NCBI GenBank assembly: GCA_001780985.1
Contig: MFJV01000001.1
Location: 913,609-977,608, forward strand
Direction: 5' to 3'
Length of the DNA: 64,000 nucleotides
Source: Candidatus Gottesmanbacteria bacterium RIFCSPLOWO2_01_FULL_43_11b
GTDB taxonomy: Bacteria > Patescibacteriota > Microgenomatia > UBA10105 > UBA927
Shown here: one piece after another, positions 1 to 9,918 of the stretch
Layout of the letters: the number at the start of each line of letters is the position of its first letter
Position numbering within the stretch: the first letter of the stretch is position 1
Translations under genes and position numbers: made by a program
The notes under the pieces: model-generated
Seen by the model: the letters and a program-made list of their open reading frames with translations, nothing else
What the model was told of the DNA's origin: nothing
The model's database searches: none

Positions 1-8
1 ACGCTCTC

Positions 9-983
9 ATGCTTTTGGCAGGGGGACAGATGGGAGTAGCGATGGCATATGCGATTGCACCGCTTGTTTTAACAAATCGTTGGATTTTTCCGGTACAAGT
101 CATGTTTGACCCGCGGATTGCACTGCTTACTCTCATTGTCGCCTTACGAAAAAATCCGAAACAGTTTATTGTTCCGGTTTTAGTAACAATAATAATCCAC
201 ACGTATTGGTGGGTACCGATACTCAAAAATCCCGCAATTGTCGGAACGCAATTTCAGGAAGCCACAAGTAGTGCAGTCAAATACTTAAGTTTCGCATCAT
301 TTTCCAATAGTCTAAGCTTTCTTCACCCTAATTGGCCTGAAAATATATTCGGGAAAGTGTATTTTCAAAGACCTGAATTTTTGATTATTCCGATCGTTGC
401 CTTTGCAGGATTACTGTTTAAGGCAAATGCCTATTACGCCTTGTTAGCACTCATTGGTGCATTTCTCGCTAAAGGCATCAATGAACCATTTGGCGGAATA
501 TATTTATGGCTTTTTGAAAATGTACCGGGGTTTAGTCTTTTCCGCGACCCCACAAAATTTTATCTCTATATCGCTCTTGGGTATTCAGTGTTAATTTCAC
601 GCATTAAAAAACCGATGTTAGTATTTCTCTTTCTTCTTTTTTGGGCATTTACCCTTCGGGAAGCGATTTTAGGATCATTACCGGGAACTTTTCAGCCGGT
701 TAAAGTGCCGAACGAATACACGAAACTTACGGGTGATAATGTGGGCTGGTATCCCAAAAAATCACGATTTAGCTTTAGCGGGAGTGATTTCATCTCACTT
801 GAAAATATTCGTTACGTTGCAGTACCAACAGATGTCCGCGGAGAAATTTTCGTAACAGACCGAAAGTATGATGAATCAAAACACCAGGACGCAATTTTAT
901 TCATTTCAACGATGTCAGGAGTCCGAAGACTTGACGAATATAAAGAACTAGCTGTGTTTGAAGTCTTCAAGGAGTCTCCTTGA
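9..983 (+). CDS. Multi-pass membrane protein, GT-C/YfhO-like putative glycosyltransferase (5'-truncated by window edge)
   Basis: Hydrophobic segments, FRDPxKF motif; frame is open to the window start; glycan-operon context. Confidence 0.55.
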   Translation: MLLAGGQMGVAMAYAIAPLVLTNRWIFPVQVMFDPRIALLTLIVALRKNPKQFIVPVLVTIIIHTYWWVPILKNPAIVGTQFQEATSSAVKYLSFASFSNSLSFLHPNWPENIFGKVYFQRPEFLIIPIVAFAGLLFKANAYYALLALIGAFLAKGINEPFGGIYLWLFENVPGFSLFRDPTKFYLYIALGYSVLISRIKKPMLVFLFLLFWAFTLREAILGSLPGTFQPVKVPNEYTKLTGDNVGWYPKKSRFSFSGSDFISLENIRYVAVPTDVRGEIFVTDRKYDESKHQDAILFISTMSGVRRLDEYKELAVFEVFKESP

Positions 984-999
984 AGTTCTTAAAGTTTTT

Positions 1000-1215
1000 A
1001 TGAAAATACAGGATGTATTTTTTTTCATTGTTTTGACTGTTTTGTTCTTCAAACGGAAACCTCGTTTCTTGGTTATTGCCGGTCTTGCTTGCCTTGCACT
1101 GTCTATCCCACTTTTCTACTTTTGGATCTTCTTTACCGCCGACCGCCTCACCTGGTACGCCGCTGCCTTTTTCTTGGTTTTCTATGTATATGCTACAATA
1201 AAAAAGGTGATATGA
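1000..1215 (+). CDS. Small membrane protein (71 aa)
   Basis: MKIQDVFFF..., three hydrophobic segments; ATGA overlap with next ORF. Confidence 0.65.
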   Translation: MKIQDVFFFIVLTVLFFKRKPRFLVIAGLACLALSIPLFYFWIFFTADRLTWYAAAFFLVFYVYATIKKVI

Positions 1216-1424
1216 AATCCCGCCTCAACCAGGCTCAACTCAAGGCGTTGTCTGACTTTGCCAATACCGTTGCGGCTGCTTGGTTTTCTGGAGGCGTCAT
1301 TTCATTGTTTTTTGCACAAACAACTTCGTTGCTAGAAATGTTGCGATTTCCTTTGATTGGTGTCCTTATGACATGGTTTACATTACGGTGGTCCCTGTCG
1401 CTTTTAGAAGGAGTCAAGCGATGA
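1212..1424 (+). CDS. Small two-TM membrane protein (70 aa)
   Basis: MKSRLNQAQLKALSDFANTVAAAWFSGGV...; AGGTGA SD-like site upstream; ATGA overlaps on both sides. Confidence 0.65.
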   Translation: MKSRLNQAQLKALSDFANTVAAAWFSGGVISLFFAQTTSLLEMLRFPLIGVLMTWFTLRWSLSLLEGVKR

Positions 1425-1519
1425 ACCAATGGGGTTTTGCCGATACTTTTTTCTTTGCTTCCATTGTCACGAGCCTATTTTTTATTGGGTTGTATTTCTT
1501 TGTGAGGAGAAAAAAATAA
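1421..1519 (+). CDS. Single-TM peptide (32 aa)
   Basis: MNQWGFADTFFFASIVTSLFFIGLYFFVRRKK; GAAGGAG SD and ATGA coupling. Confidence 0.55.
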   Translation: MNQWGFADTFFFASIVTSLFFIGLYFFVRRKK

Positions 1520-1520
1520 T

Positions 1521-1598
1521 ATGGAAAATCAACTTTTTCTACTTGCGGTGGCGCTTGCTTTAGTAGCAGGGTACCTTGCGTATCGGGTGAATAAGTAA
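1521..1598 (+). CDS. Single-TM peptide (25 aa, below the ORF-track cutoff)
   Basis: MENQLFLLAVALALVAGYLAYRVNK*; GAGGAG upstream; starts 1 nt after previous stop. Confidence 0.45.
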   Translation: MENQLFLLAVALALVAGYLAYRVNK

Positions 1599-1635
1599 AC
1601 ATTACCACTGCATTTTTCCTCACCGCAATCTTATT

Positions 1636-1664
1636 TTCACTTCGGAAGTAGGTTAAGGTACAAT
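1636..1664 (+). promoter_or_regulatory. sigma70-like promoter for galE (probably leaderless)
   Basis: TTCACT-17-TACAAT, 7 nt to ATG. Confidence 0.5.
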
Positions 1665-1671
1665 AGGGGGT

Positions 1672-2646
1672 ATGAAGGTACTAATTACCGGTGGGGCGGG
1701 GTATATCGGGGCGATTACCAACGACTACCTAAAAAAACAAGACTACGAGACTGTGGTGTTTGACAGCCTCAAAAACGGGCACCGTGAGGCTATAGCAGGC
1801 ACAAAACTGGTCGTTGGTGATCTTACCATCAAAAGTGACATAGACGAGGTATTTAAGGCTGATACGTTTGATGCAGTTATCCATTTTGCAGCTTTAGCTC
1901 TGGCTCCGGAGTCAATGGAGAAGCCCTTTGAGTACTACCAAAATAATGTGTTGGGGAGCCTAAATCTTCTCGAATCCATGCGTAATGCAGGATGCAAGAA
2001 CCTGGTTTTTTCCTCAACCTGTGCTGTTTACGGCTATCCCAAGAAACTTCCGGTAACCGAGGATGAAAAAATAGCTCCGGAGAGTGTGTATGGGTCAAGC
2101 AAGCGCATTGTTGAGGAAATTATCGAGTGGTACGGACAAGTGTATGGGCTAAAATACATGAATCTTCGCTACTTTAACGCTGCAGGTGCTGCACTTGACG
2201 GCACACTCGGAGAAAATCACGCTGTTGAAACGCACATTATTCCAATACTTTTGGATGTCATCTCAGGCACGAGGAAAGTATTTGAACTATACGGTAAAGA
2301 TTATCCGACACCTGATGGCACGTGCATTCGCGACTATATTCATGTCGTTGATCTCGCACGAGCCCATGTTGCGGCACTGAAGGGTCAGTCGGGATCGGTT
2401 AATCTTGGTGTTGGCAAAGGGTATAGTAATCTTGAGGTTATCTCTGTGGTGGAAAAGGTCACCGGCAAAAAGGTTCCTGTTGAGGTAAAGTCACGTCGAC
2501 CGGGAGATCCGGCAAGTATTTATGCGGATAACACGAAAGCAAAGAAACTTCTCGGTTGGGAACCGAAACATTCTGATTTAGAAACCATTGTAGAGAGTGC
2601 GTGGAAGTATCATGAGAAGAGGATTCTCGATGAGAATAGGGATTGA
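1672..2646 (+). CDS. galE: UDP-glucose 4-epimerase
   Basis: TGGAGYIG, YGSSK, LRYFNAAGA, DGTCIRDYIHV motifs. Confidence 0.95.
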   Translation: MKVLITGGAGYIGAITNDYLKKQDYETVVFDSLKNGHREAIAGTKLVVGDLTIKSDIDEVFKADTFDAVIHFAALALAPESMEKPFEYYQNNVLGSLNLLESMRNAGCKNLVFSSTCAVYGYPKKLPVTEDEKIAPESVYGSSKRIVEEIIEWYGQVYGLKYMNLRYFNAAGAALDGTLGENHAVETHIIPILLDVISGTRKVFELYGKDYPTPDGTCIRDYIHVVDLARAHVAALKGQSGSVNLGVGKGYSNLEVISVVEKVTGKKVPVEVKSRRPGDPASIYADNTKAKKLLGWEPKHSDLETIVESAWKYHEKRILDENRD

Positions 2647-3151
2647 TATAAGTCAAATCGTGTACGAGGGGACCGGGGTAGGAAATTATGTCCGGCACAT
2701 GGTGACGGAACTTTTGAAACACGATACAAAGAATGAGTATGTTCTCTTTGGCGCTTCGCTCCGTCGACGAAAAGAATTCCGCGAATATTTTCCGAAAAAA
2801 CATCTTGTTATTGTTCCCATCCCACCAACCCTTCTCGATATTCTCTGGAACAGATTTCATATTTTTCCCGTTGAGTGGTTTACCGGGAGTCTTGATGTTT
2901 TTTGGAGCAGTGACTGGACACAGCCTCCTCTTATTCATGCCAAAGGAGTGACAACAATTCATGATTTAACTGTTTTTAGACATCCGGAGAGTTTCGTAAC
3001 AAAAATTATTGAAGTGCAAAGAAGAAGATTGACAAAAGCCGCAAAACTCTGCAGCGCCTTTTTTTGTGATTCTGAAGCAACAAAAAAAGATGCTATTGAA
3101 CTACTCGGAATACCGCAAAATAAACTATTTGTCGTTTACCCAGGCATATGA
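2630..3151 (+). CDS. Stand-alone GT4 N-terminal domain protein (173 aa)
   Basis: MRIGID..TGVGNY, TIHDL; ends at inter-domain linker VVYPG; no C-terminal EX7E domain. Confidence 0.75.
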   Translation: MRIGIDISQIVYEGTGVGNYVRHMVTELLKHDTKNEYVLFGASLRRRKEFREYFPKKHLVIVPIPPTLLDILWNRFHIFPVEWFTGSLDVFWSSDWTQPPLIHAKGVTTIHDLTVFRHPESFVTKIIEVQRRRLTKAAKLCSAFFCDSEATKKDAIELLGIPQNKLFVVYPGI

Positions 3152-4206
3152 ATATCGCAATTGATGGTTACGAAGCAAATGTAAAAAATAGAGTCGGAAT
3201 TGGTCGGTATGCATTTGAAATTCTCTCGCACATCTATAACCTACAACCTAAGCACCTCTTCCGAATATACATCCCCTCCAAGCCGCTTCCCGATATGCCC
3301 AAAGAAACCTCATGGTGGAAATATAGAATTGTTCGACCCAAAACACTGTGGACTTTTTTCGGTTTACCGGGTGCGCTAACTAAAGACAAACCCGATGTTA
3401 TATTTTCGCCCACGCACTATGTGCCACGTTTCGTGAAAATCCCCCGGGTAATGGCAATAATGGATCTCTCATATTTAGAATACCCGGAATTATTTCGCAA
3501 ACAGGACCTCCATAAATTGAAAAACTGGACAGCATACGGTGCCTCGATTGCAAAGAAAATACTCACCATAAGTAACTTCAGTAAGAATGATATAATCAAA
3601 ACGTATAAAATAGATCCCGAGAAGGTTGTAGTCACATATCCAGGTATGAGTAAACAATTAATAAGCGAAGCTCCGGCAGAAAAAAACTATATTCTTTCGG
3701 TAGGGACAATCCAACCACGAAAGAATTACATTCGACTCATTGAGGCATTTTCCATGGTTCTTCCGAACTTTCCCGGCTTGAAACTCGTCATAATCGGAAA
3801 AAAAGGGTGGTTATTCGATGAAACACTTGAAGCACCTTCGAAATTCGGCATTCTAAAAGATGTGATATTTCTTCATAGTGTACAGGATACGCTGCTTAGT
3901 GGATTTTACCAACATGCAAAATGTTTGGTGCTCCCTAGCTTATATGAAGGATTTGGACTTCCTGTTTTGGAAGCCATGGCACTTAAGTGTCCTGTGGTTG
4001 TCAGCCGTATATCAAGCTTACCGGAGATTGCCGGGGATGCCGGCATTTACGTAGACCCGGAAAATGTTGAGAGCATAGCTGACGGCATAATCAAAGCATT
4101 AACCGAAAAAAACGATGACAGAATAAAAAAGGGACTCATTCAAGTCAAAAAATTTTCATGGGAAAAAGCGGCTCGACAAACACTGGAGGTTTTGGAAAGC
4201 ATATGA
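3148..4206 (+). CDS. Glycosyltransferase family 4
   Basis: VGTIQPRKN, PSLYEGFGLPVLEAM. Confidence 0.92.
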   Translation: MNIAIDGYEANVKNRVGIGRYAFEILSHIYNLQPKHLFRIYIPSKPLPDMPKETSWWKYRIVRPKTLWTFFGLPGALTKDKPDVIFSPTHYVPRFVKIPRVMAIMDLSYLEYPELFRKQDLHKLKNWTAYGASIAKKILTISNFSKNDIIKTYKIDPEKVVVTYPGMSKQLISEAPAEKNYILSVGTIQPRKNYIRLIEAFSMVLPNFPGLKLVIIGKKGWLFDETLEAPSKFGILKDVIFLHSVQDTLLSGFYQHAKCLVLPSLYEGFGLPVLEAMALKCPVVVSRISSLPEIAGDAGIYVDPENVESIADGIIKALTEKNDDRIKKGLIQVKKFSWEKAARQTLEVLESI

Positions 4207-4766
4207 GAGCTATCATTGATTTTTGGATTTTTCTTTGCACTCTGACGGGATTCATTCCCAGCCATACGATACGCCTTTTTTTGTATAGAATGCTGTTTCG
4301 CGTTCGTGTAGGCCGCAACTCCTCTGTTCACTGGCGTGCGCAATTCAATCAACCGGCAGGAGTTTCTATTGGCCACAATACCATTATTGGGAACGATGCG
4401 TTTTTGGACGGACGAATGAAAAACTTTCTTATCTGGCGAAAAAAGCACGGCTACCCATTAACAATCGGCAACAATGTTTCGATTGCGGGTGAAGTTCGGA
4501 TTTATACAATGGAACATGATGTCGACGATCCCGATTTTGCCGAAATCGGTGCTCCGGTTGTCATCGATGACTACGTCGTCATCGGGACTCGGGTAACAAT
4601 TCTTCCCGGAGTAACCATTGGAAAAGGAGCAGTTATTGCCTCTGGTGCAGTCGTCACCAAAGATGTCCCCTCATTTACAGTCGTCGGCGGTGTCCCTGCT
4701 CAATTTATTCGCAACCGCAACAAAAATCTTCGCTACACGCTCAAATTCGCCAAACTCTTTCAATAA
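4203..4766 (+). CDS. Hexapeptide-repeat O-acetyltransferase
   Basis: ILPGVTIGKGAVIASGAVVTKDV...GVPA. Confidence 0.88.
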   Translation: MRAIIDFWIFLCTLTGFIPSHTIRLFLYRMLFRVRVGRNSSVHWRAQFNQPAGVSIGHNTIIGNDAFLDGRMKNFLIWRKKHGYPLTIGNNVSIAGEVRIYTMEHDVDDPDFAEIGAPVVIDDYVVIGTRVTILPGVTIGKGAVIASGAVVTKDVPSFTVVGGVPAQFIRNRNKNLRYTLKFAKLFQ

Positions 4767-5632
4767 TGGATCTTTCTATAGTTATCGTAAGTTTCAATAC
4801 GAAAAAACTTCTTGACGACTGTCTTTCTTCTGTGGAACGGAGTCTCAAAGATACGAATGTTTCGTATGAAGTGATTGTGGTCGATAATGTTTCTATTGAC
4901 GGAACTCGGGAAATGCTCAAAAAGAAATATCCACAGGTTCAAACCGTATTGAATTCGGAAAATGTCGGATTCGGCAGAGCAAATAATCAAGGTACGAGAA
5001 AGGCAAAAGGGGAGTATGTTTTTTATTTAAATTCGGATACCATCGTTTTGAATAAAGCGATAGCTAAACTTCTCTCTTTTGCCCGTCAGCACCCGAAACA
5101 TTTCGTGGGTCCAAAACTCCTCAATCTTGATCGAAGCCCGCAATCATCCTGCGGTCCGTTTTTTTCTCTCCCTGTTGTCTTTGCAGCACTTTTTTTAAGA
5201 GGAGATCGTATAGGACTCACCCGCTGGTCTCCAACTCGAACGCGGAAAGTTAGTTGGGTATCGGGGGCGGCTTTGATGGGACCGAGAAAACAACTCCTCG
5301 ATAACCTCCTCTTTGATGAAAAAATATTCATGTATATGGAAGAAATAGACCTCCTGTATAGGGCAAGAAAAAGAGGCTTTCGAACACTCTTTTACCCTAA
5401 GAGTGTGATTATACATTTGGGAAGTGGTAGTTCTACCAACAAAAAGAAAGGCCCCGTCCTCAATATTTATCGGGGTCTCATCTACTTTTATAAAAAGCAT
5501 CATCCATCATGGAAGGTTCGCATACTTCTATTTTTGCTCAAGGCTAAAGCTGCCATTGCGTGGTCTATCGGGGTAGTCAGCGGCAATTCATATCTCAAGG
5601 AAACATATGCAGAAGCTTTTTGGATCGCTTAA
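4766..5632 (+). CDS. Glycosyltransferase family 2 (WbbL/rhamnosyltransferase-like)
   Basis: VVDN.S.DG, NVGFGRANN, LNSD, FMYMEEIDL. Confidence 0.9.
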   Translation: MDLSIVIVSFNTKKLLDDCLSSVERSLKDTNVSYEVIVVDNVSIDGTREMLKKKYPQVQTVLNSENVGFGRANNQGTRKAKGEYVFYLNSDTIVLNKAIAKLLSFARQHPKHFVGPKLLNLDRSPQSSCGPFFSLPVVFAALFLRGDRIGLTRWSPTRTRKVSWVSGAALMGPRKQLLDNLLFDEKIFMYMEEIDLLYRARKRGFRTLFYPKSVIIHLGSGSSTNKKKGPVLNIYRGLIYFYKKHHPSWKVRILLFLLKAKAAIAWSIGVVSGNSYLKETYAEAFWIA

Positions 5633-8609
5633 ACAACACTGGGAGGAAATTGGGACGTTATTTTTGCTGGCATTTATCCCTCTCTACCCAAAACTTCCTT
5701 TATTTGACATTGTGCAAACATGGGTATACATACGGCTCGATGATTTTGTCGTATTACTCGTTGTTTTAGGGTTCTTATTAAAACTTTACAGGAGAAAATA
5801 TGTCCCCGATACTCCCTTAACAATCCCGATATTCATGTATTGGGCAGTAGGACTCGTATCTATAGCCTGGTCACTTGCATTCATAGGCCCCAAACTTTTA
5901 GGGTATTTTCCACAACTCGTTATTCTCCATTACCTCCGCCGTATTGAGTATATGATCGTATTTTTCCTGGCTTTAGTCGGCATGGGAAGCATCAAGTATA
6001 TACGTAAGTATCTTTTTGTATTTGCCATCACTCTATGTATCGTATCGCTCTATGGAATTGGCCAGCGGTACATGAGACTTCCGGCATTTTTGACCATGAA
6101 CGAGGAGTTTGCCAAAGGCACGCCCCTTATTCTTTCACCTACATCACGGATTACCTCAACATTTGCAGGCCACTATGATTTGGCAATGTATTTAGCATTT
6201 TCTGTAACACTATTTGCAAGCCTTCTCTTTTCTTTGCGGAGGGTTCTTTCAAAAGTTGTAGTTATTCTCCTCTGTGGTTTAGCAACGCTTGTTTTATTTT
6301 TGACGCAATCAAGGGTTTCTCTTTTTGCTCTTGCTTCCGGTGTTATCTTAGTTTTATGGTGGCATAATCAAAAAAAATGGATACTACCAGCAGTAGTATT
6401 GGTGCTTCTTGCCGTACCTTTCGTTCCGGGCCTCTCCGATCGTTTTGCAAAAACATTCAGAGATAAACCGGTTATTTATGATATTCGAGCAGGTGCGCCG
6501 ATTGGTGCCGCGAATATTTCAGATGACGGGCAAGTGACCATTGAGCAGTCAGCATCACCTGCTTTGGAGAATTTACCGATAGGATCAGGATTTATCCGTG
6601 CCCCGGGAGCTACGCGAATTCCGTTGATTTCCTCCTTTGCAGTGGGAGAACTTCGCGGTTCCCCAGATTATCCGTTCGGTCAAACCCCACCGGGCTTGGG
6701 TGAAGAGATGCAAATGGCGATGGAACGGGGTCAATTGTATCTTTCAATAAATTCACCGCTTAAAGCAACAGACGGGGAGGTCGCAAGCATGTCAGGGAGG
6801 TTTTATCTTGACCGTGCACTCCTCTATGACATTTCCTTTACTACACGTTTCCAAGGACAATGGCCAAGAGCATGGGAAGCATTTGGTCGCAATATTTTCT
6901 TCGGAAGCGGGTATTCAGTATTATCAGTTGCTGCAGACAGCGATTACCTGCGGGCGTTGGGGGAGACGGGACTTCTCGGACTGGGTAGTTTTCTATTTAT
7001 TCTTCTTATCTTTTTTATCTACACCCGTACTGCATTACCAAATGCTTCACCTTTGGTTCGCGCGATGACAATTGGCGTAAATGGGGGACTTGTCGGTCTC
7101 CTTATTACCGCGTCTCTTCTTGATGTTTTTGAAGCGTCCAAGATGGCGTATGTTTTTTGGCTCACTGTGGGGGCAACAATTGCAGGATTAGGGATTACCT
7201 ATAAGAAACAATTTAATCTTTGGAAACATGCCAGAGAAATTATTTCCCATCCGATTGTATTTATTATCCTTGTGGGGCTATTAGTACCGATTGTCTATGC
7301 AGGGGTAAATAGATTTTATTTTGTCGCTGATGATTTTACGTGGCTCCGGTGGGCCGGGGAGGCGAAACTGAGCGATCTTTCACGATACTTTCTCGACTCA
7401 ACAGGATTTTTCTACCGGCCGTTGACCAAATTATATTTTTATTTTGCGTCAATGGTATTTTGGCTAAAACCTGAAGGTTACCACAGTGTCAATCTCGTTT
7501 TGCACTTTGTTGGAACTGTGCTTGCCTATCTTATTGTCAGGCGACTTAAAAACACGATAGCAGCTATTCTGACAGCTTTATTTTTTCTTGTTGCCAGCAT
7601 TCACCATGAGAACGTTATTTGGATATCAGGAGTAAGCAGTTTAGCCGGAAGCGTGTTTGCGCTCCTCTCTCTTTATCTATGGATACTGCGTAGACCGGTA
7701 TTTAGTTTGACGTTTCTTATAACGAGCATGTTATTTTATGAGGAAATGATGTTTGTTCCACTCATACTTACCTCATACAGCTGGATTTTTTGGCCAAAAA
7801 AATCCCGAGTTGTCTCAACACTTCCGGCTCTCACAGTCCCGCTGTATTGGTGGCTTCGTTCTATGGCTCATGCCCTTTCACCAGGCGGAAGTTACGGAAT
7901 AAATCTTGCAGCGTTGCCATTTAATGCAGTTGGAAATATTGTCGGATACGTAGTCGTAACCATCATCGGGGCTTCAATGCTTGTTTGGTACGAATGGATG
8001 CGCGGGTTTATGAGAAATGAGCAACTTATCGCCGCACTTACCGTCACTATTGCACTTCTTGTATTCCTTTACTATCGCAAAAAGATACAGCTTTCAAAAC
8101 CCTCTCTCTTTTTCGTGATTTTTACCTGTATTGCGTTACTTCCTGCATTGGGGCTTGGAAATATTGCAGAGCGGTATGGATATCTTGCTTCAGTTGGCAT
8201 AAGTTTTCTTTTTGTGTCATTTGTTTTGTGGATGTTTCAACGCAGAAAAGTTATTGCAGTAGCCCTTTTTACATTAATTTTTGGGGCAAATTATTTGCAA
8301 CTTCAAAACTACATAACAGAGTGGCAACAAACAGGGAAAGTATCAGAGCGAATCCATTATGAACTGCGCAGAATGTACTATCCGATTGAACCGAATACTC
8401 ACTTTGTTGTTGCCAATGTGCCTACAAGAATTGGCCGTGCCTGGTTATTTCCTGTAGGATTAGAAGATGCTGCCTACCATGTGTTTTATGATTCGACGAT
8501 GAAACTTGATGTTGTGGGGAGTGCAGAAGATGCTCTTTCAGTAAAGGGAGCAAAAGCACTCACCATAGTTGATGATAAAGAATATCCAATAAGAGAATTA
8601 TATGAATAA
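5607..8609 (+). CDS. O-antigen ligase-like (Wzy_C) domain fused to a GT-C membrane glycosyltransferase domain
   Basis: N-half: RITSTF.G, TQSR, R..QWPRAW, GSGYS, ETGLLG; C-half: FVADDF..L, FYRPL, YH.VNL.LH, ERY.Y. Confidence 0.7.
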   Translation: MQKLFGSLKQHWEEIGTLFLLAFIPLYPKLPLFDIVQTWVYIRLDDFVVLLVVLGFLLKLYRRKYVPDTPLTIPIFMYWAVGLVSIAWSLAFIGPKLLGYFPQLVILHYLRRIEYMIVFFLALVGMGSIKYIRKYLFVFAITLCIVSLYGIGQRYMRLPAFLTMNEEFAKGTPLILSPTSRITSTFAGHYDLAMYLAFSVTLFASLLFSLRRVLSKVVVILLCGLATLVLFLTQSRVSLFALASGVILVLWWHNQKKWILPAVVLVLLAVPFVPGLSDRFAKTFRDKPVIYDIRAGAPIGAANISDDGQVTIEQSASPALENLPIGSGFIRAPGATRIPLISSFAVGELRGSPDYPFGQTPPGLGEEMQMAMERGQLYLSINSPLKATDGEVASMSGRFYLDRALLYDISFTTRFQGQWPRAWEAFGRNIFFGSGYSVLSVAADSDYLRALGETGLLGLGSFLFILLIFFIYTRTALPNASPLVRAMTIGVNGGLVGLLITASLLDVFEASKMAYVFWLTVGATIAGLGITYKKQFNLWKHAREIISHPIVFIILVGLLVPIVYAGVNRFYFVADDFTWLRWAGEAKLSDLSRYFLDSTGFFYRPLTKLYFYFASMVFWLKPEGYHSVNLVLHFVGTVLAYLIVRRLKNTIAAILTALFFLVASIHHENVIWISGVSSLAGSVFALLSLYLWILRRPVFSLTFLITSMLFYEEMMFVPLILTSYSWIFWPKKSRVVSTLPALTVPLYWWLRSMAHALSPGGSYGINLAALPFNAVGNIVGYVVVTIIGASMLVWYEWMRGFMRNEQLIAALTVTIALLVFLYYRKKIQLSKPSLFFVIFTCIALLPALGLGNIAERYGYLASVGISFLFVSFVLWMFQRRKVIAVALFTLIFGANYLQLQNYITEWQQTGKVSERIHYELRRMYYPIEPNTHFVVANVPTRIGRAWLFPVGLEDAAYHVFYDSTMKLDVVGSAEDALSVKGAKALTIVDDKEYPIRELYE

Positions 8610-9918
8610 CAGAAAAATAATATTTTTCATAATTTTTATCCTGACGGTGGCGCTTCGTCTGTATCGAATTGATGCACCGCTGGGGGACTGGCACAGTTGG
8701 CGGCAGTCTGATACTGCCTCAGTGGCCAGAAATTACCTGAAATTCGGTTTTGATCCGCTTCGCCCCCGTTACGATGATCTTTCAAGCATTCCGTCGGGTC
8801 TTGATAATCCCATGGGATACCGTATGGTTGAATTCCCACTCTATCAGTTGATTAGCGCAGGTTTAGCAAAGACATTCCCGCAATACTCTGTGGAGGTGTG
8901 GCTCCGGTTGGTCACAGTTGCAGCTGCAGCAGGGACGGCAGTGCTTTTATCCCGAATAAACCTTGTGGCGGGATTTGTTTATGCAGTTCTTCCATATAGT
9001 ATTTTTTTCGGAAGAACAATCCTACCGGAAACGTTTGCAGTTTTTTGGGCAATATTAAGCTTATCTTTATTACCAAAGCGGGTCGTATTGGCCGCTATTG
9101 CGGGGGCATTAGCATTATTAGTAAAACCAACGACAGGTTTTTTACTCCTACCCGTAGTCTATCTGCTTCGTAGAAATATTATTCAATTATTCTTTTACTC
9201 TGTTATTTCATTATTGCCTTTTGTGCTTTGGCGACAATGGATATCTCAATTTCCTGAAGGCATCCCCGCGTATACCTGGCTTCTTAACTCCAATAATATT
9301 CGATTTAAAGGTGCATGGTTCCATTGGTTATTTGCAAAAAGAATAGGAGAATTGATGCTTGGATTTTGGGGCTTAATCCCATTTGCCCTTGGTATTTCAG
9401 CTTTTTGGGGTATCGGCGCACTTTTATACCTCGTTGTATTTGCTACAGGCAACGTTCAACATGATTACTATCAAATTCTTCTTCTTCCAGCAGTTTGTAT
9501 CTTTGTCGGAAAAGGACTGCGACGTCTTCCTTGGTTTTTAGCATCCGTCTCATTTTTATTTATGCTTGCCTTTTCCTGGTATACAATTCGCACGTACTAC
9601 TGGATTAACCGCCCGGATATAGTTGAAGCCGGAAAACTGGCTGACCAAATATTACCTAAAAACGCCAAAGTAATTGCGCCATATAACGGTGATACAACGT
9701 TTTTGTATCAAACCAATCGTCAGGGTTGGCCCATTGGATTTGATATCGAGAAAAAGCTTAAAATGGGTGCAACAGCCTACGTGACGGTTTCTCCTACTGA
9801 TAATGATACAGAAACAAAACAACTTGCAAACTGCTATACCGTACTTGTTCGTAATGACCGCTACGCCATTATCGATCTTACCAAACCTACAAAAATCTGC
9901 ACAATCACAAATCCATGA
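8602..9918 (+). CDS. GT-C membrane glycosyltransferase (ArnT/PMT-like)
   Basis: WHSWRQSDTASVARN, EFPLYQ, HDYYQ motifs; multi-TM. Confidence 0.78.
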   Translation: MNNRKIIFFIIFILTVALRLYRIDAPLGDWHSWRQSDTASVARNYLKFGFDPLRPRYDDLSSIPSGLDNPMGYRMVEFPLYQLISAGLAKTFPQYSVEVWLRLVTVAAAAGTAVLLSRINLVAGFVYAVLPYSIFFGRTILPETFAVFWAILSLSLLPKRVVLAAIAGALALLVKPTTGFLLLPVVYLLRRNIIQLFFYSVISLLPFVLWRQWISQFPEGIPAYTWLLNSNNIRFKGAWFHWLFAKRIGELMLGFWGLIPFALGISAFWGIGALLYLVVFATGNVQHDYYQILLLPAVCIFVGKGLRRLPWFLASVSFLFMLAFSWYTIRTYYWINRPDIVEAGKLADQILPKNAKVIAPYNGDTTFLYQTNRQGWPIGFDIEKKLKMGATAYVTVSPTDNDTETKQLANCYTVLVRNDRYAIIDLTKPTKICTITNP

